This document shows positions 47,356-57,536 of a DNA stretch of 63,060 nucleotides, one piece after another. The stretch is from positions 52,722 through 115,781 of the forward strand of contig CAZOZN010000001.1 of the NCBI GenBank assembly GCA_964584335.1, given 5' to 3'. Each line of letters starts with the position of its first letter. The first letter of the stretch is position 1. The stretch comes from an uncultured archaeon (GTDB taxonomy: Archaea; Aenigmatarchaeota; Aenigmatarchaeia; PWEA01; JAGHBM01). The notes beneath the pieces are model-generated. The model searched no databases. It had not been told where the DNA came from and worked only from the letters and a program-made list of their open reading frames with translations. A program made the translations under genes and the position numbers.

Positions 47356-48785
47356 TAGCTCTTCCCGAAGCATGCCTTTTTCTTCGCGTCTTTTCCGCAT
47401 AATATACATTTTCCTTCAGGTTTGTTTTTGTTTAGGTTGAAAGGAATGTTTGTTATCTTGGCACCCGTTTCGTCTTTTATCTTTTCCTCGCATTCAGTTT
47501 CACCGCACCAGTTTGCAATCAGCCATTTACCTTCAAGTTCTTTTTTGAATTCATCGTAATTCTCTACTTCCTTTGTTTGTTTATCCATGGATTTTTTTGC
47601 CTTTTCAAAAAGGCTTTTTTGTATTTCTTCAAGAATTTTCTCAGTTTCTTTTTTTAAGTCCGTAATTTTGACTGATTTCTTTTCTCCATTATCCCTTCTT
47701 ACAAGCACTGCCTGCTTTTTTTCTATGTCCTTTGGTCCTATTTCTATTCTTAGCGGTACTCCTTTAAGCTCCCACTCGTTGAACTTGAATCCGGGTGTAT
47801 AACCGTCTCTTTCATCAAGATGTGTTTCCATTCCTTTTAGTGACTTGAATATCTTTGAAGCGTGCTCGAGGACCAAATCTCTTGTATCATCTTTGTATAT
47901 CGGGACTATAACAGCCTTTATTGGCGCTACTTTTGGTGGTATTACCAATCCTTTGTCATCTCCATGTATCGCAAACATTATTCCGAGCTGTCTCGTCGAG
48001 AATCCCCACGAGTTTTGCCAGGCATATTTTTCTTCCTCGTTTTTGTCAAGGTATTTTATATCAAAGGCCTTTGCAAAGTTTTGTCCCAGATGATGAGAAT
48101 CCGGTCCTTGTATGGCCTTACCGTTAGGCATTAGGTGTTCTAGGCTAACGGTGTATTCGCCTCCTGCAAATTTTTCTTTTTCTGTTTTTCTTCCCTTTAC
48201 TGCAGGCATAGCCATGAAATCTTCCACTACTTCTCTGTATATCTCAAGAATGTCCATGGTTTCTTTCTCTGCTTCCTTCTTTTCTGCGTAAACAGTATGC
48301 CCTTCCTGCCACAGGAATTCACGGGTTCTTAAGAAAAGTATAGGATGCTTGAACTCCCACCTTACCACATTTACCCATTGGTTTATTTTAAGCGGCAGGT
48401 CTCTCCATGAGCGAATCCATTTACTGTATGATTCATACATGATTGTTTCAGATGTTGGTCTTATTGCAAGTTTTTCTTCTAACTTAGATGAACCACCTTC
48501 TGTTACCCATGCTACCTCGGGTGAAAAACCTTCCACGTGCTGTTCCTCTTTTTTCAGAAGTTTTTCGGGTATAAACAAGGGGAAATAACCGTTTTTTACT
48601 CCTATTTTTTTGAATCTATCATCGAGCAGTTTCTTTACTTTTTCCCATATTTTGTATGCGTAAGGCTTTATTACCATGCAGCCTGAAACAGAAGAATAGT
48701 CGGCCAAATCGGCCTTTCTTATAAGTTCTATATACCATTCGTTAAAGTTTTCTTTTTTTGTTGTCATTCCTAGTTTTTCGCTCAT
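47352..48785 (-). CDS. proS: Proline--tRNA ligase (archaeal/eukaryotic type)
   Basis: IRPTSET, FLRTREFLWQEGHT, HHLGQNF, C-terminal GKSY. Confidence 0.98.
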   Translation of the reverse strand: MSEKLGMTTKKENFNEWYIELIRKADLADYSSVSGCMVIKPYAYKIWEKVKKLLDDRFKKIGVKNGYFPLFIPEKLLKKEEQHVEGFSPEVAWVTEGGSSKLEEKLAIRPTSETIMYESYSKWIRSWRDLPLKINQWVNVVRWEFKHPILFLRTREFLWQEGHTVYAEKKEAEKETMDILEIYREVVEDFMAMPAVKGRKTEKEKFAGGEYTVSLEHLMPNGKAIQGPDSHHLGQNFAKAFDIKYLDKNEEEKYAWQNSWGFSTRQLGIMFAIHGDDKGLVIPPKVAPIKAVIVPIYKDDTRDLVLEHASKIFKSLKGMETHLDERDGYTPGFKFNEWELKGVPLRIEIGPKDIEKKQAVLVRRDNGEKKSVKITDLKKETEKILEEIQKSLFEKAKKSMDKQTKEVENYDEFKKELEGKWLIANWCGETECEEKIKDETGAKITNIPFNLNKNKPEGKCILCGKDAKKKACFGKSY

Positions 48786-49074
48786 GTCTACACCTTTATC
48801 GTTTAATTTATTAATTTAAATTCACTACCAAAAAGGTATTGTATTCTTTTGTATATTAATCTTTTTAAGTATGTCTGACTAACTCTTCTTAGTTTCATTT
48901 TGGGGGTGTTTTTTGATGAATGTTGAAAATTGGAAAGATAATCATGAGATAAAGAACATTATAATTACAAGGCAGGTTTCTATTTCTGATTTTTTTTCAA
49001 AGGGAGCAAGGTTAAACAACTTTGTCTAAACTTTTTATTTCTTTTATTCCCTTAAGAATTAAGGGGTGTATTAA

Positions 49075-50280
49075 TTGTCTGTAAGAATAGCAATTATTTC
49101 TGATTTGCATTTTGGTTTTGGTAGAAACACAGAAAGAGAGAATGACTGCTGGGAAGTTGCTGAAGAAGCTTTTGAAAAAGCAAGAGACTGTGACCTTATA
49201 GTAATTCCGGGAGACATATTCGATGATAAGATACCTCGGCCTGACGAGTGGGCAAATTCTATGAAGATCCTTTCAGGCGTTAATGTGCCCATGGTTGCAA
49301 TACACGGCACACATGAAAGAAGAGGAAAAGGGTTGATAAATTCTGTTGAGGCACTTGATTATGCGGGATTCCTTAAGCATATACACTGCGGTTCTGCCTG
49401 TTATGAAATTAAAGGAAGAAAAATCGTAGTCCATGGAATGAGCGGAGTTCCCGAGTCTTATGCAAAAGAAGTTTTGGATGAATGGAACCCGAAGCCTGAA
49501 AAAGATAGCTTCAACATTTTTATGTTACACCAATCCATACATCCCTATATTTATAATCCTGTGGAACCTCCCTCCTTAAGTCTTGAGGATTTGCCCAAGG
49601 GGTTTGATTTGTATATTTCTGGACATATACACTGGAGAGAAAAGACGAATATAATGGGAAAGCCATTTATAATACCAGGTTCGACAGTCACTACTCAGGT
49701 AAACAAGACAGAGGCGAAATTTTCAAAAGGTTTTTATATCGTTGAGTTGAATGACGATGTTGATATAAAATTTGTAGAACTCAATAAAGCCAGAAAAGTT
49801 TTATACAAAGACTTTAAGATAAACAACGATAAGATATCTGATGTGATGGATAAAATTGACAAGTACCTTTCCGGGATAAAGGAGGATAAAAAACCTCTTG
49901 TTAGGATTAAAGTTGTGGGAAACTTGGACAAAGGGAATGAATTAAATTTTTATCATCTAAAGGAAAAGTACAGAAAGAAAATGTTTCTTTATTTTTCAAC
50001 AAAAATATCCGAAAACGAACTCGAAAAAAAGGTTAAGATGCTTAAGGATATAAGAGAAAGAAAAGCCAGTGTCGAAGAGATGGGAATGAGAATATTGAGG
50101 GAAAACATGAAAGAGGTCAAACTTTCTAGCAAGTACGAGGAAGTTTTTGATTTGCTTGTAGAAAAGAACATAGATTCTGCCATGTTGCAGCTTCTTTCTG
50201 AGGAGGAGGAAAAAGCAGATACAGATAAAAACGATTTTAGTGATGAAAAAAAGAAAGGCCTGCTTGCTTGGTCTAAGTGA
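49075..50280 (+). CDS. mre11: DNA repair nuclease Mre11
   Basis: SDLHFG, GDIFD, HGTHE, SGHIH; followed by rad50. Confidence 0.93.
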   Translation: MSVRIAIISDLHFGFGRNTERENDCWEVAEEAFEKARDCDLIVIPGDIFDDKIPRPDEWANSMKILSGVNVPMVAIHGTHERRGKGLINSVEALDYAGFLKHIHCGSACYEIKGRKIVVHGMSGVPESYAKEVLDEWNPKPEKDSFNIFMLHQSIHPYIYNPVEPPSLSLEDLPKGFDLYISGHIHWREKTNIMGKPFIIPGSTVTTQVNKTEAKFSKGFYIVELNDDVDIKFVELNKARKVLYKDFKINNDKISDVMDKIDKYLSGIKEDKKPLVRIKVVGNLDKGNELNFYHLKEKYRKKMFLYFSTKISENELEKKVKMLKDIRERKASVEEMGMRILRENMKEVKLSSKYEEVFDLLVEKNIDSAMLQLLSEEEEKADTDKNDFSDEKKKGLLAWSK

Positions 50281-50284
50281 TTTT

Positions 50285-52303
50285 ATGATAAATAAAATAA
50301 TGCTAAAGAATTGGAGAAGCCACTGGGAATCAGAGTTTAATTTTTCCCAGGGTACTAATGCACTCATAGGAGTGATGGGAGCGGGAAAGAGCAGCCTTCT
50401 TGATTCGATGTGTTTTGCTTTGTTTGGAACTTTTCCTCTTCTCCAGACCAGAAAAGTTACGCTTGATGACATTATAATGAACAGGCCCCAAAAAAGAGAA
50501 AAGGCAGAAGTCGAGGTTTTTTTTTCTGTAGATGAAATTGAATATTCTGTCAAAAGAGTAATAGAAAGAGGTAAGGGGACAACAAAGGCTGAAATAAGAA
50601 AAGAGGGGAAACTGTTAGACACAGGTTCTTCAAGGACAACGGAAAATGTAGAGAAGATTCTTAAGGTCGATTACGATTTATTTTCAAGGGCTATTTATTC
50701 AGAGCAGAACGGCCTTGATAACTTTCTTACCATACCAAAAGGACAGAGGATGAGGAAGATAGATTCTCTTCTTCGAATAGATAAATTCGAGGCTGCGAGG
50801 TCTTCCGCGACAACACTTTCAAACAGGCTTAAAGACAAGATAAAAGATAGTACAAGATTAATTGAGGATGTTGAGGAGAGGGAGGATTTTGATAAGATAG
50901 ATGAGCTTAAAAAGAATATAAAAAATATAGAGAAAAAGCAGGAAAAAATTATTTCTGAAAAAAAGAAGGTTGAAGAGCTTAAGGAAAGAAAAGAGAAAAA
51001 GATAGATGAAATAAACAGAGAGATGAAAGAAGTCAAGGAAAAAGAGAAAGAGCTAAATATAATATCCGGAGAGATTAAAAATCTTGAGAATGATTTAAAA
51101 GGATTCAAAAAAGACGAATCAAAAAATATAGAAAAGAATGTTTCTTTGGTCAATAAAAAAATAGAAAAAGAGAGAAATGAAATTGATAAAAAAGAAACGG
51201 AGCTAAAGAATCTGGTATCTAGAGAGAACGAATCAAAAGTTATAATAAACAACATGATTGAGCGTATAGAGAGTATAGAGCCTGTTGACGGCGATTGTCC
51301 TCTATGCGGAACAAGACTTACAAAAGAGCACAAGGATAAGATATTAAGACAAAGCAAGGAAGAGATTAAGAAACAGGAGGAAAAATTAAGGAAATCAAGG
51401 AGCAAGATAAAAGATTTGGAGAATATTATTGGCGAATTGAGAAAATCTTTGGAAGATTTAAACAAGGAAGCTTACGAATTGGAGTCAAGAAAAAGTAAGA
51501 TAGAGGAATATGAAAAAAAAGAGAAAAAACTTGAGGATAACAAAAAAGAAAAAGAAATAATTGAAAAAGAACTAAAGAAGATTGAAGAGAAGGTCGATGA
51601 AAGGGTTGTCGATAATTTGCAAAAGGAACTGATAGATTTATCGGGAAAATACAGCGACCTTAATGCAAGATTTGAGGGCAACAAAGAATTTTTGGATGAA
51701 AAAAAGGAAAGGGTAATGACTCTTGAGGAAAAGAAAGAGGCCTTTGAAAAGCACAAGAAACAGATAAAAAACATGGAAAGAGTTTCTCAAGATTTAAAAA
51801 AGTTGGACAAGTCTCTAAGAGAGACGCAGCTGACTCTCAGAAGGGAGTTTGTCGATGCTGTAAATTTCACAATGGACAAGATATGGGATTATCTTTACCC
51901 GTACGAAGATTTTACTAACATAAGGCTATCCGTAAAGTCCGGAGACTATGTTCTTGAGCTAAAAGAAGTCGGAGGTAGCTGGGTTTCTGTAGAGGGTATA
52001 GCATCAGGTGGAGAGAGGACTACTTCCTGCCTCGCACTAAGAATAGCTTTCTCTCTTGTTCTTGCTCCAAATCTCAAGTGGCTGGTGCTTGATGAACCAA
52101 CACATAATCTTGATGTTCAGGCCGTTGAATATCTTGCTGAGGTTTTGAGGGAAAGAATAGCTGAATTCGTTGACCAGGTTTTTTTGATTACACACGATGA
52201 GAAGCTGGAGAATGCTGTCAACGGTTATCTTTACAGGCTTGAAAGAAAGAGGGACAAAAACGAGCCCACTCAGGTAGAGATGATAAGCAGCCCGAAGGAT
52301 TAA
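50285..52303 (+). CDS. rad50: Rad50 SMC-type ATPase
   Basis: GVMGAGKS, coiled coils, CPLC zinc hook, ASGGE, LDEPT, ITHD. Confidence 0.95.
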   Translation: MINKIMLKNWRSHWESEFNFSQGTNALIGVMGAGKSSLLDSMCFALFGTFPLLQTRKVTLDDIIMNRPQKREKAEVEVFFSVDEIEYSVKRVIERGKGTTKAEIRKEGKLLDTGSSRTTENVEKILKVDYDLFSRAIYSEQNGLDNFLTIPKGQRMRKIDSLLRIDKFEAARSSATTLSNRLKDKIKDSTRLIEDVEEREDFDKIDELKKNIKNIEKKQEKIISEKKKVEELKERKEKKIDEINREMKEVKEKEKELNIISGEIKNLENDLKGFKKDESKNIEKNVSLVNKKIEKERNEIDKKETELKNLVSRENESKVIINNMIERIESIEPVDGDCPLCGTRLTKEHKDKILRQSKEEIKKQEEKLRKSRSKIKDLENIIGELRKSLEDLNKEAYELESRKSKIEEYEKKEKKLEDNKKEKEIIEKELKKIEEKVDERVVDNLQKELIDLSGKYSDLNARFEGNKEFLDEKKERVMTLEEKKEAFEKHKKQIKNMERVSQDLKKLDKSLRETQLTLRREFVDAVNFTMDKIWDYLYPYEDFTNIRLSVKSGDYVLELKEVGGSWVSVEGIASGGERTTSCLALRIAFSLVLAPNLKWLVLDEPTHNLDVQAVEYLAEVLRERIAEFVDQVFLITHDEKLENAVNGYLYRLERKRDKNEPTQVEMISSPKD

Positions 52304-52899
52304 AATATGTATTTTTCTGTTTTTTCTGAAACAGGTTCCGGTGCATCTTCCATTATTAATATACCGTCTATTACTTTCATTATGTCGTTTTTTTGTGCGC
52401 TTATGTTATAGTGAAATCTTGCAAAGGTATAGTCAAACTTTTCGTATTTTTCATCTTTTTTTGTCAGTTCTTCCCTTAAATCTTTTGAATATTTTATCAA
52501 ATCAGAAGTAATTTTATCAGTGTCATTTTTTATTTCATTTACTTTCTCTTTTCTTTTGTTGCTGTTGTATATCTGGGGCAGTTCTTCTATTATTTCAAGT
52601 TCTTTCTTTCTGTAATCATTTATTTGTTCTTTAAGTTCAATAGAATCTGTTGTCAATACTTCTTTTGCTTTTTTGCCGTTGTTCAACAATTTTTCAATAT
52701 ACCTAAGCGGCTTATAATTTGGAGTCTGTATATTTTTTACAACTTCCTTAAATGATAATTCACCAATCGTATTTTTTACATTTCTCAAAAAATTATAGTC
52801 AGGAATAAGAAGTTCAGACCATTCTACCGAATAAAAATTTATCTTGTTATCTAATTTCTTATAAAGACTATTAAAATCGTCCATAACCCCCACCGTCAA
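52300..52899 (-). CDS. Hypothetical helical protein
   Basis: 199-aa ORF abutting its neighbours. Confidence 0.65.
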   Translation of the reverse strand: MTVGVMDDFNSLYKKLDNKINFYSVEWSELLIPDYNFLRNVKNTIGELSFKEVVKNIQTPNYKPLRYIEKLLNNGKKAKEVLTTDSIELKEQINDYRKKELEIIEELPQIYNSNKRKEKVNEIKNDTDKITSDLIKYSKDLREELTKKDEKYEKFDYTFARFHYNISAQKNDIMKVIDGILIMEDAPEPVSEKTEKYIF

Positions 52900-52900
52900 A

Positions 52901-53356
52901 TTACTTTATGTGTGGACCGTCTGGCATTAAGTCGTATTTTTCTCCGTTCTGCAGTTCTTGCTTTATGAAGTCAAAATAAGAGTTTGTTTCCTGTATAATG
53001 TCCTGTGATAGAACGTGTTCCTTGACTTCATCCCCTTCTGCTATCTTTATTTTTCCGACAACTTTACCGTCGACGTATGTCATCTCTGGAGCCCATGTTA
53101 GTATATTTCTTGTATCTATTCCCATTTCCTGCGCATAGTTTTCTATAACTTTTCCGTCGTTCCACCTTCTTTTTTTGTATTCCGGGTCTAAGTCTACAGT
53201 ACTTTCTTCAATTCTTGGGTTGAAATATTTTTCAAGATCCTTATTCCCCATAGGAATTGCTTGTGTTTTTCCTTTGTCTGTCTCTACTCTTGCTCCATAT
53301 ACGTTCAGACCGTCAGTTATCAAAGACTTTATTGCTTTTATTTTTATTTTTTTCAA
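52901..53356 (-). CDS. Hypothetical protein
   Basis: 151-aa ORF with GAGGTGA RBS. Confidence 0.7.
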   Translation of the reverse strand: MKKIKIKAIKSLITDGLNVYGARVETDKGKTQAIPMGNKDLEKYFNPRIEESTVDLDPEYKKRRWNDGKVIENYAQEMGIDTRNILTWAPEMTYVDGKVVGKIKIAEGDEVKEHVLSQDIIQETNSYFDFIKQELQNGEKYDLMPDGPHIK

Positions 53357-53474
53357 ATTATTTCACCTCAGGGGTCATTTGTTTTGACCACTGTATAGTT
53401 ATAATATATTTTAACTTATTTATATTTTTTTATCGGCAATATTCTCTATATAGGGGCCTAAAAGTACTTAAATC

Positions 53475-54995
53475 TTACATAAAGCTCTTCGCGTCTTCGG
53501 TTTTTTTGCTTTTTTCTTCGTGGAATTTGACAGCTGCTTCCTCTAGAGGCATACCCCTCTCGCTTTTCTTTGATTTTCTTTCTCTAACCTTTACAAAAAT
53601 AGGGTAATTGACGGCTTCTCCGACTATTATCGCCTCGCCGACTCTTAAGGATGATATTGTGTCCAGAACATCCCTTGTCAGTCCTTCGGAGCTTCTTCCT
53701 ATGTGGTCTAGGTCATAGGGGTTTGTTACTCTTAGTATTATGTGGGTATTGCACTGTGAAAGCGCTGTTGTAGAGAGTTGTATAGGCCTTTGGGATATAA
53801 GACACAAAGACGAGTTAAACTTCCTTCCCTCTCTTGCTATTTTCTCTATTATACTCTTGCTTAAAGCTGCCTCCCTTTTTACCCCTTCGGGGGCAAAATT
53901 ATGAGCCTCTTCTACAATAAAAACAAAAGGAGGAACCCTTTCTTCCCTTCTTGCATCAAAAAGCTTTCTTCCTATGTAGGAAACTAGCATCTGTCTCTTT
54001 CTCAGGGAAGTTATGTCTGACACATCTATTACTGTACCGTGCCCTTGTTTTGCGAGTGTGTCAAGGCTCGGGTTGTCGCTTACCCCGAAAAAACCTGTTC
54101 CTCTCAATTGCGAAAGAATTGTTATCAATATGTCTCTCGTGGAACTCTTTATTTTTTCGTCCTCTGCTATTATTCTTATTATATCGTTTAGGTTGTAAAG
54201 TCTTCCTTTCATCCTGTTTCTTGCTATGCTTAGTATTCTCCCTAGTTCCCTCTTCTGGACGTGAGTCATGTCAGATACAAAGTGTGATATTAGCGAGACG
54301 GATATTCCCGGCACTCCTATCTTAAAATCTTTTCCTGTTATTACTGATATCTTGTTTCTGTAGTCGGAATCCTCTGAAAATCCTATATATTCTCCGTGAG
54401 TGTCTATTATTACAGTCGCGACCTGGCCTTCTTCGGGTTTTCTGTCCAATAACTCTTCTATCATGACAGATGTAAGATAGCTTTTGCCTCCACCGCTTAT
54501 GCTCAGTATGGCGAGGTGTTTTTGCAGAAGTTTTGTGAGGTTTATTTTTGCGTTAACGTCATGAAAATTTATTTTTCCTATATTTATTCCTCTCTTTTGG
54601 TCGAAACCTATGAATTTGGAAAGTGTTTCGTTGTCTGCCAGATTCACCGAGTCTCCGGGTGACGGAGGAAAACTCGGCCTCTGCAGAAGCTTGCTGGAGA
54701 AAACGGCAAGAGGCTTTGCTTTTCCTATGAGGTATTCCCATCTTTCTACGGGGAATATATCCGACATTCTTTTTCCTGACTTTTCATATTCGCTCACGCT
54801 TTCTGCTCTCTGGAAATACCGGTTTGACTTGAATATGTCACAAATCCTTGCTACCATTTTGCCTTCCGGTGTTTTTAGCATTACGAACTGACCCTGCTTC
54901 ACAGAGCTTCCGTTTTCGTTTATTACAAAATTAAACGAAGAAACATTTGGCCCTTCAGGAGTTGATATGACAGTACCTATACTCATAAGAATCAT
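53475..54995 (-). CDS. herA: HerA helicase/translocase (host copy)
   Basis: N-terminal HAS barrel, HLAILSISGGGKS, VEEAHNF, REGRKF, SQRP. Confidence 0.93.
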   Translation of the reverse strand: MILMSIGTVISTPEGPNVSSFNFVINENGSSVKQGQFVMLKTPEGKMVARICDIFKSNRYFQRAESVSEYEKSGKRMSDIFPVERWEYLIGKAKPLAVFSSKLLQRPSFPPSPGDSVNLADNETLSKFIGFDQKRGINIGKINFHDVNAKINLTKLLQKHLAILSISGGGKSYLTSVMIEELLDRKPEEGQVATVIIDTHGEYIGFSEDSDYRNKISVITGKDFKIGVPGISVSLISHFVSDMTHVQKRELGRILSIARNRMKGRLYNLNDIIRIIAEDEKIKSSTRDILITILSQLRGTGFFGVSDNPSLDTLAKQGHGTVIDVSDITSLRKRQMLVSYIGRKLFDARREERVPPFVFIVEEAHNFAPEGVKREAALSKSIIEKIAREGRKFNSSLCLISQRPIQLSTTALSQCNTHIILRVTNPYDLDHIGRSSEGLTRDVLDTISSLRVGEAIIVGEAVNYPIFVKVRERKSKKSERGMPLEEAAVKFHEEKSKKTEDAKSFM

Positions 54996-55047
54996 TTCAT
55001 ATTTGTATTTTAATGCTTAAATCTTGTTATTATAAAATGGTGTTGTT

Positions 55048-55785
55048 ATGAAATTTATAACTAACGAGCCAGCTTTGGTAATTGATGATATTTTAGTTAT
55101 AGGGGACCTTCATCTGGGCATAGAGACCGAGTTTTACAGGAACGGTTTTTCTATAAGTTCAAACATAGAAAAAATAAAAAATAAAATATTAGCTCTTTCA
55201 AAGAGTAACGATTGCAAAAAAATTGTAATGCTTGGTGATGTAAAGCACGACTACCGTGGAACCAGCAGACAGGAGGAAAGGGAAATACCTCCTTTCTTTT
55301 CAGAGCTTTCCAAATACCTTGAAATACATATAGCTCCAGGCAACCATGACGGCAATCTAAAGAATATAACACCCAAAACAGTTAATATTCATAAATCATC
55401 GGGTTTCAAAATGGGAAGAAACTTTTTTGCACACGGACACAGCTGGCCTGGGAAATCTTTTTTAGATTCAGACGCGATTTTAATAGCACATAACCATCCT
55501 TCCGTGGAATTTAAAGACAAGCTAGGTTATAGACATTTGGAGCCTTGCTGGATTAAGTGTGAATTGAACAGAGATAATATAATGGAAAAATATAAGGAAA
55601 AAGGAAGAGTAAAAGAAGCTGTTGTGGTTCCTGTTTTTAATCCTCTCGTAGGAGGCCTGCCAGTTAACAAGGAAAAGTCTGATATGGGTCCTTTGATGAA
55701 AAATAAAATAATAGAAAGGAAAGAATGCAGGGTTTATCTCCTTGACGGCACTTATCTCGGAAAAGTCAGGGACTTAAAGTCATAG
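55048..55785 (+). CDS. Calcineurin-like metallophosphoesterase
   Basis: GDLHLG, LGDVKH, PGNHD, AHGH, AHNHP. Confidence 0.9.
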   Translation: MKFITNEPALVIDDILVIGDLHLGIETEFYRNGFSISSNIEKIKNKILALSKSNDCKKIVMLGDVKHDYRGTSRQEEREIPPFFSELSKYLEIHIAPGNHDGNLKNITPKTVNIHKSSGFKMGRNFFAHGHSWPGKSFLDSDAILIAHNHPSVEFKDKLGYRHLEPCWIKCELNRDNIMEKYKEKGRVKEAVVVPVFNPLVGGLPVNKEKSDMGPLMKNKIIERKECRVYLLDGTYLGKVRDLKS

Positions 55786-56748
55786 CTCTTTTGATTTTTC
55801 AGATAATTTTTTTTCTATTTCCTTTAGTATTATATCAAAAGCTTTTTTCATGTTTTCAGGTTTTTTTCCGTTGGCAGATGCTGCTGCATCATGGCCTCCT
55901 GCGGAGCCGTCTATTGTTTTGTCTATATGTGAGAATATTTCAGCAAGGTTTATTTTTTCTTTGAGTTCCCATTTCATTCTTCCGGATATTCTTATTTTGT
56001 TTTTCTTAGGAGCCCCGGCTATTGCTATGTCTGCACCAAGCCTCAAGAGATTTCTTGCTACGGAAGCCTCAAAAGAACCCACTGAAGTGAAGGATACAAG
56101 AATTTCTCCAATTTTGTAGGATTTTATTCTTTTCATTGATTTTAGTACCGCTATTTTTTCAGATATGTTTTTTTCTGTGTATAGCATTTTCAATATTTCC
56201 TGGTATGATTTGTCTGCTTTGCCCATTAAATCTGTTATAATTGAGAATATGTTTCTGTCAGCTCTTCTTAAATGGGCTGTATCATATACTATACCTCCAA
56301 TCAATAAAACGGCCATTTCGGGTGTTATTTCTGCCCCCATTTTCTTGCATATTTCATATATCATTTCCGAACATGAACTCTTTTCAGGTTCCACAAGAGA
56401 TATATCTGTTTTTATTTTGCCTTCTATGTGGTGGTCTATAACCAGGTTCGCTCTTTCGAATTTTATTGGCTCAAGCTGCTCTGGGGAAGAAGTATCTACG
56501 ACTATAATTTTTTCACTTCCTATTTCAGGGTCTATCTCAATATCTTCGTACAGGAAGTTTCTTCCCACTTCACTGACGCTTTCCGGTACCCCTATCCTTG
56601 ATTTTTTTCCTATTTGTTTGAGGGCTTTTTTAAGAACAACTGCAGATGCTATTGCATCCGGATCCGCGTTGTGATGTGTAAGTATGAAGTAGTTGTCTTC
56701 ATTATTCAAAAAGTTAGTTATATCGGTCATCATGACTAGAATAAACAA
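55780..56748 (-). CDS. DHH/DHHA1 family phosphoesterase
   Basis: HHNADPD, VVD, IDHH, GGHDAAA. Confidence 0.93.
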   Translation of the reverse strand: MFILVMMTDITNFLNNEDNYFILTHHNADPDAIASAVVLKKALKQIGKKSRIGVPESVSEVGRNFLYEDIEIDPEIGSEKIIVVDTSSPEQLEPIKFERANLVIDHHIEGKIKTDISLVEPEKSSCSEMIYEICKKMGAEITPEMAVLLIGGIVYDTAHLRRADRNIFSIITDLMGKADKSYQEILKMLYTEKNISEKIAVLKSMKRIKSYKIGEILVSFTSVGSFEASVARNLLRLGADIAIAGAPKKNKIRISGRMKWELKEKINLAEIFSHIDKTIDGSAGGHDAAASANGKKPENMKKAFDIILKEIEKKLSEKSKEL

Positions 56749-56766
56749 ACAAATAAATAAAAAGGT

Positions 56767-57141
56767 TTAACCGGCTCCTGTGGCCGGATTTTTATTATCG
56801 CCCTTTAACATTTCCTGTAATTTTTTCTGGTTGCTTGTTAGCCTTTCTTCTATTTTGTTTTGGCTGTCTTCTATTATTTTCATGTTATTTTTTATTTTTT
56901 CTGTTGTTTCGTTGAGTTCTTTTTCCAGATTTTCTTTAGAACTTTTTATAAGCACAGGACCGACAATCTTAAACATATCTTCATCTTTTTCGGATTTCTT
57001 TACCTCTTCGAGAGCTTTTTCTATTTCCATTTTTTGATATGTAAGGTTTTGCCTTTGAATATCTATGTTTTGAAGCTGTTTTTGGAGCTGCTGTGATTGA
57101 ATAAAAAGTTTTTGTGCCTCTTGAGAAATTTCTTCACTCAT
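56767..57141 (-). CDS. pfdB: Prefoldin beta subunit
   Basis: Coiled coils flanking FKIVGPVLIK; superoperon position. Confidence 0.92.
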   Translation of the reverse strand: MSEEISQEAQKLFIQSQQLQKQLQNIDIQRQNLTYQKMEIEKALEEVKKSEKDEDMFKIVGPVLIKSSKENLEKELNETTEKIKNNMKIIEDSQNKIEERLTSNQKKLQEMLKGDNKNPATGAG

Positions 57142-57155
57142 TGTTTATCACCTCC

Positions 57156-57290
57156 CTATCTCGTATTTACTTTGTTTACTATTTCAGGTCTGTCTTTTAG
57201 TAATATTCTGTATCCACAAAAAGGGCACCTTATTCTTTTTCTGAGATCTTCTTTTGTTACTTTTTTCCCACAATTCATGCATTTATACAT
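57156..57290 (-). CDS. rpoP: RNA polymerase subunit P (Rpo12); not in ORF track
   Basis: MYKCMNCGKKVTKEDLRKRIRCPFCGYRILLKDRPEIVNKVNTR. Confidence 0.95.
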   Translation of the reverse strand: MYKCMNCGKKVTKEDLRKRIRCPFCGYRILLKDRPEIVNKVNTR

Positions 57291-57531
57291 CTTTATACGC
57301 CTCTTTTGAAGGAGGTTTGAAAGCCCCTCCTGTTATTTTTTTGCCGCATTTTTTGCATTTCCATATTCCAAAGCTTTCCCTTTTTAGACCATTTTTATGG
57401 CAGGATGGACATTCGTAAGTTCCTTTTGAAATTTTCTCTATTTTTGATACTCTAAGTTTGGGTCTTCTGCCGTATCTTGAGCCGAATCTTCCTGCGGAAC
57501 CTACCTTCTTTTTTTTACCTTTTCTTTTCAT
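57283..57531 (-). CDS. rpl37ae: 50S ribosomal protein L37ae (eL43)
   Basis: GRFGSRYG, CPSC, GIWKCKKC, GGAF. Confidence 0.96.
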   Translation of the reverse strand: MKRKGKKKKVGSAGRFGSRYGRRPKLRVSKIEKISKGTYECPSCHKNGLKRESFGIWKCKKCGKKITGGAFKPPSKEAYKDV

Positions 57532-57536
57532 ATTAA

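Noticed and set aside
48916-49029. 37-aa ORF upstream of mre11 with a GGGGTG RBS-like motif
   Set aside because: Too short and featureless to support without homology or expression data.
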